From assembly GCA_963819655.1 (NCBI GenBank), contig CAWFXA010000001.1:320001-384000 (forward strand): DNA of 64,000 nucleotides, in the 5' to 3' direction. Source of the DNA: an uncultured Chloroflexia bacterium (GTDB taxonomy: Bacteria; Chloroflexota; Limnocylindria; Limnocylindrales; CSP1-4). Positions 34,596 to 43,191 of the stretch are shown here, piece by piece; position 1 is the stretch's first letter; each line of letters starts with the position of its first letter. Both the position numbers and the translations under genes were made by a program. A model generated the notes under the pieces. It saw only the letters and a program-made list of their open reading frames with translations. It made no database searches and had not been told where the DNA came from.

Positions 34596-35717
34596 ATGAT
34601 GGCCCCCAGCGACGCCTCGGCAGAGATTCGCCTGATCGGCCTGGAGAAGCGCTTCGGCGAGATCCGGGCGGTCGACGGCGTGACGCTCGACATCCGGACC
34701 GCGGAGTTCTTCTCGCTCCTCGGCCCGTCGGGCTGTGGCAAGACCACGACCCTCAGGATGATCGGCGGCTTCGAGCGACCGACGGCGGGCCGGATCCTTC
34801 TCCGTGACCGCGACGTCACCGACGACCCGCCCGACAAGCGCCCGGTCAACATGGTCTTCCAGCAGTACGCCCTGTTCCCGCACCTCGACGTCGCGGCCAA
34901 CATCGGCTTCGGGCTGCGACGCCGCAACGTCGCTCGGACCGAGATCGCGCGGCGTGTCGGGGAGGTGCTCGAGCTCGTGCGGCTGGAGGGCTACGACCGC
35001 CGCAAGCCGTCCGCGTTGTCGGGCGGTCAGCAGCAGCGCGTGGCGCTCGCCAGGGCGCTCGTGAACAGGCCGAACGTCCTCCTGCTCGACGAACCGCTCG
35101 GAGCGCTCGACCTGAAGCTCCGGCGCCAGCTCCAGGTCGAGCTCAAGCGGATCCAGGCTGAGGTCGGCATCACGTTCGTCTACGTGACGCACGACCAGGA
35201 AGAGGCACTCACGATGAGCGACCGGATCGCGGTCATGCACGCCGGCCGTGTCGAGCAGCTGGGGACGCCGGAGGAGCTGTACGAGCGGCCAGCGACTCGC
35301 TTCGTCGCCGATTTCATCGGGACGACGAACCTCCTGTCCGGGTCCGTCGAGTCGACAGCCGGCGGAACCGCGATCGTCCGCCTCGAAGGCGGCGATACCT
35401 GCGCCGTGGCCGGCACTGACCTGCGCGCCGGCCGGACGGTCGAACTCTCGATCCGACCGGAATCGATCGTCCTGAAGCGGTCCAATGGCACCGCGCACGA
35501 CGGCCACGCACCGCTGCGCGCCCAGGTCGAGCAGGTCGCCTATCTCGGGGGAACCGTCCAGTACCAGGTCCGCACGCGCGGCGGCCTGGCAATCACCGTG
35601 CTCGCGCCGAAGTCCGGGGAGCGGCACCAGATCGGAAGCGACGTCGACATCGTCTGGCCGCCTGCCGAGGCACTGGTCCTCGACGCGGCCCCCGCCGAGG
35701 AGGAGGTCACGACATGA
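34596..35717 (+). CDS. potA: Polyamine ABC transporter ATP-binding protein
   Basis: GPSGCGKTT, LSGGQQQRVALARAL, LLLDEPLGALD.KLR, YVTHDQEEA, TOBE tail. Confidence 0.88.
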   Translation: MMAPSDASAEIRLIGLEKRFGEIRAVDGVTLDIRTAEFFSLLGPSGCGKTTTLRMIGGFERPTAGRILLRDRDVTDDPPDKRPVNMVFQQYALFPHLDVAANIGFGLRRRNVARTEIARRVGEVLELVRLEGYDRRKPSALSGGQQQRVALARALVNRPNVLLLDEPLGALDLKLRRQLQVELKRIQAEVGITFVYVTHDQEEALTMSDRIAVMHAGRVEQLGTPEELYERPATRFVADFIGTTNLLSGSVESTAGGTAIVRLEGGDTCAVAGTDLRAGRTVELSIRPESIVLKRSNGTAHDGHAPLRAQVEQVAYLGGTVQYQVRTRGGLAITVLAPKSGERHQIGSDVDIVWPPAEALVLDAAPAEEEVTT

Positions 35718-36922
35718 ACGAAAGGCACGATGGATCGAGCATCGATCTCGAGAAGGCTCTGGTCCGCTACATGGTGGAGCGCCGCGTCACACGCCGGGAG
35801 CTCCTCGAGCGCATCGCGCTGGTGGGCGGTGCGGCGGCGCTCGCGCCGGTCATCGCCGCCTGTACGTCGAGCGGCACGGCGAGCCCGTCGGTCTCGGCCG
35901 CCGCCGCGCCCTCGTCGGCCGCTCCGTCGGCGTCCGCGGCACCGACGCCTGTGCCATCGCCCGAGGCGGAGCTGAACATCCTCAACTGGGTCGACTACCT
36001 CGCCGACGATGTCATCAAGTCTTTCGAGGACCAGCACAACGTCAAGGTCACCCAGAGCTTCTTCTCGAATACCGACGAGATGTACGCCAAGCTCGGGACG
36101 GACGGTGGCGACTACGACATCAGCTTCCCGATCTCGGTCGACGTCCCGAAGATGATCGAGGGTGGGGTCATCGCGAAGCTCGACCCGTCCTTCCTGACGA
36201 ACATCGGCAACCTTGGCGCGGAATGGGCCAACCCGGGATACGACCCCGGCAACCAGTACACGGTCCCGTACATGTGGTGGACGACGGGTGTCGGCTACGA
36301 CCCGGCGCGCATCAAGGAAGAGCCGACCAGCTCGAAGGCGCTCTGGGATGACCGCTGGAGCCAGCACATCGCGATGCTCGACGACTGGCAGGAGGTGTTC
36401 GGGCTGGCGCTGATCCAGCTCGGACATTCCGCGAACACCGAGGATGAAGCCCAACTCGATGCGGCGCTGGCCCTCCTCAAGCAGCAGAAGCCGCTTGTCC
36501 GGACCTACTCGACCGACACGATCGCGACGATGACCTCGGGCGACGTGTGGATCGGTCACATCTGGGGTGCGGACCGCTTCGCCATCCAGGAAGCGATCCC
36601 GGACTTCGCCTACTACATCCCCGCGGAAGGCGGCGTGAAGGGCTCTGACACCGTCGCCACTTTCACGGGGTCGCCACATCCGATCGCATCGCAGATGTTC
36701 ATCAACCACCTGCTCGACGCTCAGAACAGCGCCCTCAACACCAACCTCATCTACTACATGGGCCCGAACGCGGCCGCGAAGGAGTTCATCGATCCGGCGA
36801 TCCTGAGCGACCCGACGATCAACCCCGACCAGGAGATCGTCGACAAGCTCGAGGAGCTGCTCAGCCTCAGCGGTTCCGTCCGCGACGCGTACCTGTCGCG
36901 CTGGCAAGAGCTGCGAGGCTGA
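35714..36922 (+). CDS. potD: Spermidine/putrescine-binding protein (Tat-like lipoprotein)
   Basis: TRRELL and AAC, NW.DY, YDPGN.Y.VPY.W.TTG, IP.EG. Confidence 0.82.
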   Translation: MNERHDGSSIDLEKALVRYMVERRVTRRELLERIALVGGAAALAPVIAACTSSGTASPSVSAAAAPSSAAPSASAAPTPVPSPEAELNILNWVDYLADDVIKSFEDQHNVKVTQSFFSNTDEMYAKLGTDGGDYDISFPISVDVPKMIEGGVIAKLDPSFLTNIGNLGAEWANPGYDPGNQYTVPYMWWTTGVGYDPARIKEEPTSSKALWDDRWSQHIAMLDDWQEVFGLALIQLGHSANTEDEAQLDAALALLKQQKPLVRTYSTDTIATMTSGDVWIGHIWGADRFAIQEAIPDFAYYIPAEGGVKGSDTVATFTGSPHPIASQMFINHLLDAQNSALNTNLIYYMGPNAAAKEFIDPAILSDPTINPDQEIVDKLEELLSLSGSVRDAYLSRWQELRG

Positions 36923-36930
36923 CCGGGCAC

Positions 36931-37833
36931 ATGGGCGCGGCGGTCGGCACAGTCGAGGCGACCGCCGCTGCCACACCCGGTCGATTGGCGCGACTGCGCG
37001 CCGCGTGGCTGGTCCTGCCCGGGGTGGGCTGGCTGATCGCGTTCTTCATCGTCCCGCTGGCGATCATCTTCGTGGTCAGCCTGGGCTCGCGCGACGCGCT
37101 CGACCGCATCACGCTCGAGCGGCTCTCGCTCGACAACTACGTCCGGGCGTTCGATCCGGTCTTCCTGCCGACGTTCCTCAACTCGCTTCGCTACGCGGCG
37201 ATCACGACGATCCTGTCACTCGCCATCGGCTACCCCGTCGCGTACTGGATCAGTCGATACGGCGGGCGGCACAAGGTCCTGCTGCTCATCCTCGTGATGC
37301 TCCCGTTCTGGACGAGCTATCTGATCCGGACGTACTCCTGGATCATCCTGTTGCGCGACAACGGTGTCGTGAACTCGGTCCTCCAGACGATCGGGCTGAC
37401 CCAGGAGCCGATCATCCTCATGAACACGGACATCTCCGTGATCCTCGGGATGTCGTACGGGTTCCTGCCGTTCGCGATCCTGCCACTGTTCGTCTCGATC
37501 GACCGGCTCGATCCCGACCTCGTCGCGGCCGGACGCGACCTGTACGCCTCAGGTCGAGGCGCGTTCCTCCACGTGACTCTGCCGCTCACGATGCCCGGGA
37601 TCATCGCCGCGGCATTGCTGACGTTCATCCCGGCGCTCGGCGACTTCGTGACGCCCGACCTGCTCGGCGGACCGCAGACGACAACGATCGCCAAGAACAT
37701 CCAGGTCCTGTTCCTGGCGGGACGTGACTGGCCATACGGTGCGGCGCTCGGTTTCGTGCTGATGATCGTGACGCTCACCGGGACGCTCATCGCGTTGCGG
37801 ACTCTCCGGCGAGAGGTTGTCGGTGGCGACTGA
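36931..37833 (+). CDS. potB: Polyamine ABC transporter permease
   Basis: LPFWTSYLIR.Y.W, LPF.ILP, AA.DL.A, F.PA.G.F.TP.LLGG, DWP.GAA. Confidence 0.85.
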   Translation: MGAAVGTVEATAAATPGRLARLRAAWLVLPGVGWLIAFFIVPLAIIFVVSLGSRDALDRITLERLSLDNYVRAFDPVFLPTFLNSLRYAAITTILSLAIGYPVAYWISRYGGRHKVLLLILVMLPFWTSYLIRTYSWIILLRDNGVVNSVLQTIGLTQEPIILMNTDISVILGMSYGFLPFAILPLFVSIDRLDPDLVAAGRDLYASGRGAFLHVTLPLTMPGIIAAALLTFIPALGDFVTPDLLGGPQTTTIAKNIQVLFLAGRDWPYGAALGFVLMIVTLTGTLIALRTLRREVVGGD

Positions 37834-37857
37834 GACTGTCGGCGAGGCCGGCCCGCC

Positions 37858-38667
37858 ATGATCCGCGAGGGCAACCGCTGGCTGTCGGCCTACGCGGTCC
37901 TCGTGTACGCGTTCCTGTTCGCGCCGATCCTGGTCCTGATCATCTACTCGTTCAATCGGGCCCGACGGGGACTCGTGTGGCAGGGGTTCACGCTCGACTG
38001 GTACCCGAAGCTGCTCGCGAACGACGAGCTGCTCGATGCGCTCATCGTCACGCTCCAGGTGGCGGCCGTCGCGGTCCTCGTGTCGACCGTTCTTGGCGCA
38101 CTGCTCGGTCTCGGGCTGGCGCGGCTGCGGTTCCGCGGCCGTGGCGCGACCGAGACGCTACTCCTCGTCCCGATGATCACGCCCGAGATCGTGATGGGTC
38201 TGTCGCTGCTGCTGTTCTTCGTCCAGCTGTTCGACGTCCATGGCTCGATCGCCCAGCTGTGGGTGGCGCACATCACGTTCTGCGTGTCATACGTTGCGAT
38301 CGTCGTGCGCGCGCGAGCGGCGAACATGGACCCGCATCTGGAAGAGGCCGCGCGCGACCTCGGGGCGTCGGCCTGGGGCGCATTCCGTTTCGTGACGCTG
38401 CCGCTCATCGCACCGGCGGTGCTGGCCGGGGCGCTGCTGGCCTTCTCGCTGAGCTTCGACGATTACGTCGTCTCGACCTTCAACTCCGGGGTCGGCAGCT
38501 CGACCCTGCCGCTGTACATCTACGGCAAGATCAAGTTCGGCGTGACGCCCGAGATCAACGCGATCTCGACGATCGTTGTCGCCGTCACCGCCGTCGCGAT
38601 CCTCATCGCCTGGCGAGCCGGCGCGTTCAGCCCCGCGACCGAGCGGCGGGTCGCGGACGACCGCTGA
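37858..38667 (+). CDS. potC: Polyamine ABC transporter permease
   Basis: YSFN, P...PEIV, AHI.F, LEEAA.DLGA, SFDD, TLP..IY, PEINA.ST. Confidence 0.85.
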   Translation: MIREGNRWLSAYAVLVYAFLFAPILVLIIYSFNRARRGLVWQGFTLDWYPKLLANDELLDALIVTLQVAAVAVLVSTVLGALLGLGLARLRFRGRGATETLLLVPMITPEIVMGLSLLLFFVQLFDVHGSIAQLWVAHITFCVSYVAIVVRARAANMDPHLEEAARDLGASAWGAFRFVTLPLIAPAVLAGALLAFSLSFDDYVVSTFNSGVGSSTLPLYIYGKIKFGVTPEINAISTIVVAVTAVAILIAWRAGAFSPATERRVADDR

Positions 38668-38701
38668 CCGACTCTGCCTCGAGCGGCGTCGACCGGCTTC
38701 G

Positions 38702-40006
38702 TCAGGTCCTGGTGGCCGCCTTGGCCCTGGCCGCGGACCGTGACGAGGCGTCCGGCGTGGCGCGCGGGAGGCGGACGCCGGCGATGTCCCCCTCGAAGAC
38801 GTCGCCGTCCTTCGGCGTCGGAACGTCGTACCGCAGACGGATCGTTCGCTGCGAGTTCATGCCGTCGTTCGCATAGCGGTCGACAGCCATCAGGTCGAAG
38901 GCGTGGACGCTCGGCTCCTGGTTCGAGAAGCGACCCGCCGTCCAGCTCTGCGACTTGGTCCCGCGCTGCTGGAGCTCGCAGACGTGCCAGTCCTGGCGGT
39001 TCGTCAGGTCCCAGAACGCGATCGCATCGGATGGGTCGAAGCCGGGGGCCGCAATCGTCTCGGGTTCGAACATCCACTCGCAGGTGATCCGCGTGTGGGC
39101 CGGGCCGGCCGGCTGCAACCGATGAACGAGCAGGTAGTCGGGGTGGATCGACAGGAAGGTCATCGGCCAGATGAGGTAGTAGTAGATCCGCCGTTCATCG
39201 ATCGGCGTGATCCCGGGGATCGCCGGGCGGCCGCCACGATGGCCGCCGTCGATCGCCATCGTCTCGGCGCTGTCGACGAGCTCCATCCAGCCACCCTGCC
39301 ACGGTCCGGTTGGTGCGAAGTCGCCGCCGATGTCGTACGGCGTCAGCCTGTTCAGCTGCGGGTGGATGCCAGGGCAGTGGTAGCACTCGCTGTAGTTCTC
39401 GCCGACGAACTTCCAGTTCGTGTCGACCTCGTACGTGACCGTGTGCGCGACACGGAGACGGGCGAAGTCGAACCGCGCGAGGTGCGGCGGCAGGTCGCCC
39501 AGCCACTCGATGAGTGGCGGTGTCTCCGGGGAGAGACAGACGAAGACGAAGCCCTGCCAGGTCTCCATCCGGACCGCGACCAGCCCGAAGTCCTTGCGGT
39601 CGAAGTCGTCGAGGTCGTCGGTGTGCTTGGCCCGGATGAGTGACCCATCGAGGTCGTAGATCCAGGCGTGATACGGGCACTGGAACCGGACGGCGGGCCC
39701 GCACGGATCCTCGACGACCGCCGTCCCGCGGTGGCGGCAGACGTTGTAGAACGCCCGGAGCTGGCCGTCGCGACCGCGGGCGATCAACAGCTGCTCGTCG
39801 TCGAGGGTCGCCAGGAAGTAGGTGCCCGGCGTTGGCGCGTCCTCCTCCCGCCCGACGACCATCCACTCGCGCCGGAACCATTCCTGTCGCTCGAAATCGT
39901 GGATCGCCGGGTCGTGATAGGCCCGCCCGGGCAGCAGGGACGCGGCCCGGTACGGCTTGCGGACGGCGGCGATCTCCTCCGCGGTGAGCGGTCCGGTCGT
40001 AGTCAT
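38702..40006 (-). CDS. Rieske non-heme iron oxygenase alpha subunit (GbcA/Stc2/choline monooxygenase-like)
   Basis: NVCRHRG, CPYHAW.Y.LDG, NWK...EN.SECYHC...HP, QD...CE..Q.G. Confidence 0.88.
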   Translation of the reverse strand: MTTTGPLTAEEIAAVRKPYRAASLLPGRAYHDPAIHDFERQEWFRREWMVVGREEDAPTPGTYFLATLDDEQLLIARGRDGQLRAFYNVCRHRGTAVVEDPCGPAVRFQCPYHAWIYDLDGSLIRAKHTDDLDDFDRKDFGLVAVRMETWQGFVFVCLSPETPPLIEWLGDLPPHLARFDFARLRVAHTVTYEVDTNWKFVGENYSECYHCPGIHPQLNRLTPYDIGGDFAPTGPWQGGWMELVDSAETMAIDGGHRGGRPAIPGITPIDERRIYYYLIWPMTFLSIHPDYLLVHRLQPAGPAHTRITCEWMFEPETIAAPGFDPSDAIAFWDLTNRQDWHVCELQQRGTKSQSWTAGRFSNQEPSVHAFDLMAVDRYANDGMNSQRTIRLRYDVPTPKDGDVFEGDIAGVRLPRATPDASSRSAARAKAATRT

Positions 40007-41175
40007 GTCTTGGGAACGTCCTTCTTCGGGTCGAGGAACGGGATGGCCGCGGTTCGTGCCGGCCAGCGGCCACCGTCGGGCGCCTCGATCTCGAGTGGTG
40101 TCCTGGCCCCGGCGAGGCCGATCGGCATCCACACGTAGCCGATGTTCCGCTCGAGGCGCGGCGACCAGATGAGGTCCGTGACGGTGCCGACCGGTTCCCC
40201 GTCGTGGAACGCGCGGCACTTGCGCGACAGCTCGAACGGAAGCGCCTCCCCGTCCATCTCGATGCCGACGAGCTTGCGGTCGACGCCGGTCCGCCGGATC
40301 TCCTCCAGCGCCGCCTTGCCGATGTAGTCGGCGTCCTGCTCCTCCACGAGCCGCTCCAGACCCATGACGTGGAACGGGCTGTCCGCGATCGTGATGTCGG
40401 AGCCGTAGTTGAAGATGCCGGCTTCGATCCGACGCGCCTCGCACGGTGCGATCGGCCGGATGCCGTGCGGGCGGCCGGCTTCCATGATCCGGTCCCACAG
40501 CTCGCCACCCCGGGACGGGTCGCGCAGATAGATCTCGTAGCCGACCTCGCCGGTCCAGCCGGTCCGCGAGATGACGACGGGGATCCCGTCCAGCTCGGTC
40601 GTCAGCGTCCAGTAGTACTTGATATCGAGCACCTGCGGCCCGAACAGAGAGGCGAGGGTGTCTTTCGACTTGGGACCCTGGACCTGGACCGGGTAAACCT
40701 CCGGTTCGCGCACCGTGACGTCCATGCCGCTATGGATCGCGACGCCGCGCGCCCACAGGCCCGCGTCCGAGTCGGCCAGGGCCAGCCACCAGCGATCTGC
40801 CTCGACCCGCAGCAGCACCGGGTCGTTGACGATGCCGCCGTCCTCGGCGGTGATCAGCACGTATTTACCCTGGCCGACCGCGCACTTCGTCAGGTCGCGA
40901 CAGGTCAGCGTGTTGACGAACGCCGACGCGTCGGGCCCGGTGATCTCGACGATGCGCTCGACCGACACGTCCCACAGCGTCACGTCGTTGAGCAGCGCCC
41001 AATACTCCTCGACGGGGTCGGCGTAATAGCCCGGCAGATACATGTGGTTGTAGATGTCGTACGCGCTGCAGCCTGCCTCGAGGGTCTTCTCGAAGAACGG
41101 CGAGCGCCGGTACCACGGCCCGAAATAGAGGGTCGACGACTCGGTCGTCGCAGGTGTCGCGAGCGGCATGGCCAT
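40003..41175 (-). CDS. GcvT-family THF-dependent demethylase (DmdA-like)
   Basis: R.SPF, YNHM.LP, WDV..ER..EI.GPDA, TCRDL, NDPV.L, W..LADSD, QGPKS, GYEIY. Confidence 0.85.
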   Translation of the reverse strand: MAMPLATPATTESSTLYFGPWYRRSPFFEKTLEAGCSAYDIYNHMYLPGYYADPVEEYWALLNDVTLWDVSVERIVEITGPDASAFVNTLTCRDLTKCAVGQGKYVLITAEDGGIVNDPVLLRVEADRWWLALADSDAGLWARGVAIHSGMDVTVREPEVYPVQVQGPKSKDTLASLFGPQVLDIKYYWTLTTELDGIPVVISRTGWTGEVGYEIYLRDPSRGGELWDRIMEAGRPHGIRPIAPCEARRIEAGIFNYGSDITIADSPFHVMGLERLVEEQDADYIGKAALEEIRRTGVDRKLVGIEMDGEALPFELSRKCRAFHDGEPVGTVTDLIWSPRLERNIGYVWMPIGLAGARTPLEIEAPDGGRWPARTAAIPFLDPKKDVPKT

Positions 41176-41229
41176 GGACGGCGGACCTCCTGGCAGGGTG
41201 GCGAACCGGTCCGATCGTGCAGCCTTGGG

Positions 41230-41323
41230 ATCCTATTGCCTGTCGTGTTCCACCAGACGGCCCGGGTGGTGCAGCAGGTGCGACCGGGTCGTCCGATGGT
41301 CCCTCGGGCGTTCCCACCAGACG
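41230..41323 (-). promoter_or_regulatory. Putative promoter (-10 TAGGAT) with two CCACCAGACG direct repeats
   Basis: TAGGAT on the minus strand at 41230-35; identical 10-mers at 41250-59 and 41314-23. Confidence 0.4.
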
Positions 41324-41490
41324 TGGCGATGCCCGGCTGCGATAACGCAACCGGGCATCTGTTCGGCCGATCTCCCCCCAGGATGAGGCCAAGTCGAACA
41401 GTACCCGGTACGTGGGTCCTATTCAAGGGGTAGGACCTTACAACTGGTGCAAATTCGCACCGAATCGGGACGTTCGACAGGCCGCGCGCG

Positions 41491-43122
41491 CTACGACAGC
41501 GTCACGCGCTCGTGCCAGTGCGGGACGTGGGTCTCGAAGCCGAGCGCCCGGACCTTGGGCTCCAGCGCGAGCTGGGCATCCGGGTCACCGTGGACCAGGA
41601 AGATGCGCCGCGGATAGCCGGCCTGGCCCGCTACCTTGCCGTCGCGAAACCGGCCGATCCAGTCGAGCAGCTCGCTCTCGTCGGCGTGCGCCGAGAAGCC
41701 GGCGATCGAGCGGACCGTGCAGCGGACCTCCCGAGGCTGGCCGTCGATGCGGACGGTGCGCACCCCGGCCTGCAGATGCGCCCCGAGCGTCCCCTCGCCC
41801 TGGTAGCCGACGAACAGGATCGTCGCGTTCGGATCGTCGATCAGGTTCCGCAGGTGGCCCACCACCCGGCCGCCCGTCAGCATCCCGTTGGACGCCACGA
41901 TCATGTACGGCCGAGTCGCGAACTTGATCGCCTGGGACTCCTTCGGGCTGTTCGTGACGATCTGCGCCGGGTAGTCGAGCGGAGTGTCGCCCTCGCGGAG
42001 GAGCCGTGCGGTCTCCTCGTCGTAGTACTCGGCGTAGCGGCGATAGACGTCCGACGCCTTGCGGGCCATCGGCGAGTCGAGGTAGAGGGGCAGTAACGGG
42101 ATCTCGCCGCGGTCGATGAGCCGGTCGAGCTCCCACACCACCTCTTGCGTCCGGCCGATCGCGAAGGACGGCACGAGCAACACGCCTTCCGACTCGGCGA
42201 CGAGGCGGACCGTCTCGGCGAGGATCCTGATGGCCTCTTCGTGCGGTTCGTGTTCGCGGCCACCGTACGTGGACTCGACGAGAACGTAGTCCGCGGCCGT
42301 GAGGTAGGTCGGGTCGCGGATGATCGGCGTCCCGGGCCGGCCGAGGTCACCCGAGCACACGATGATGCGCTCCTCACCGCCCTCCTGGACGCGCAGCCGG
42401 ATGATCGCGGAACCGAGGATGTGACCAGCGTCGAGGAAGGTCGCCCAGACGCCCGGCGCGACCTCGCGCTCCTGGTCGTAGTCGATCGGCCGGAAATGCT
42501 CGAGCGTCCGCTCCGCATCCTTGACCGTGTACAGAGGCAGGTCGAGGTCGATGTCGATCGCCGGCGGCTGCGTCCGGAGCTCGACCTCCGGATCGGGCGG
42601 CCAGGCGTGAGGCGGCTCTGGTTCGATCGTCGTCTCGACGTGCTCACCGGCGTCCTGCGCGAGCAGCGCCTCCGCGAGCAGCGCCTCCGCCGAACCGCCC
42701 GCAGCCGCAAGATCGACCGCCGCCTGGTAGGCCTCCGCCTCGGCTCGGTCATCTGCCGCGACGAGATGCGGATGGCGCTTCTCCCAACGCGCCTCGCGTT
42801 TGGCGAACTCCTCGTGCAGATGTCCCGAGTCGAGCATGACAAGCGTCGCCAGCTCGATGGTCCCGGCGGTCGCGTGGATGGTGCCCTGGTAGCCGGCCTT
42901 GACCAGCAGCGGTAAGCGACCGCAATGGTCGAGGTGCGCATGGGTCAGCACGACCGCGTCCAGCTCCGCCGGATCGAACCCGAACGGGATCCGGTTCCGG
43001 ACCGACTCGTTGGGGCTGCCCTGGAACATCCCGCAATCGACCAGGACCTTCGCTCGATCGGTGGAGATGAGGAACTGGGAGCCGGTGACAGTGGTCGCGC
43101 CACCCAGGAACTGGATCTGCAT
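41491..43122 (-). CDS. MBL-fold beta-CASP ribonuclease (YSH1/TTHA0252-like)
   Basis: VTGS, DCGMFQG, THAHLDHCG, DAGHILGS, SGDLG, ESTYG.R.H, PSFA.GRTQE, FSAHAD, LVHG. Confidence 0.92.
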   Translation of the reverse strand: MQIQFLGGATTVTGSQFLISTDRAKVLVDCGMFQGSPNESVRNRIPFGFDPAELDAVVLTHAHLDHCGRLPLLVKAGYQGTIHATAGTIELATLVMLDSGHLHEEFAKREARWEKRHPHLVAADDRAEAEAYQAAVDLAAAGGSAEALLAEALLAQDAGEHVETTIEPEPPHAWPPDPEVELRTQPPAIDIDLDLPLYTVKDAERTLEHFRPIDYDQEREVAPGVWATFLDAGHILGSAIIRLRVQEGGEERIIVCSGDLGRPGTPIIRDPTYLTAADYVLVESTYGGREHEPHEEAIRILAETVRLVAESEGVLLVPSFAIGRTQEVVWELDRLIDRGEIPLLPLYLDSPMARKASDVYRRYAEYYDEETARLLREGDTPLDYPAQIVTNSPKESQAIKFATRPYMIVASNGMLTGGRVVGHLRNLIDDPNATILFVGYQGEGTLGAHLQAGVRTVRIDGQPREVRCTVRSIAGFSAHADESELLDWIGRFRDGKVAGQAGYPRRIFLVHGDPDAQLALEPKVRALGFETHVPHWHERVTLS

Positions 43123-43191
43123 GCCCCGCATGGTGACAGGCCACACAGGGTGGCGGACCTCGCCGCCCGAGGGCACGCCCTCGCGCGGTCG

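Noticed and set aside
40003-41175. Gene symbol gcvT or dmdA
   Set aside because: No gcvH/gcvP adjacent, and C-terminal motifs differ from marine DmdA as I recall them; substrate cannot be assigned from sequence
41340-41400. Glycine riboswitch upstream of the GcvT-like gene (GGAGA...CCGAA on the minus strand)
   Set aside because: The conserved CUCUCAGG segment and tandem aptamer are not visible, and the likely -10 lies downstream of this segment
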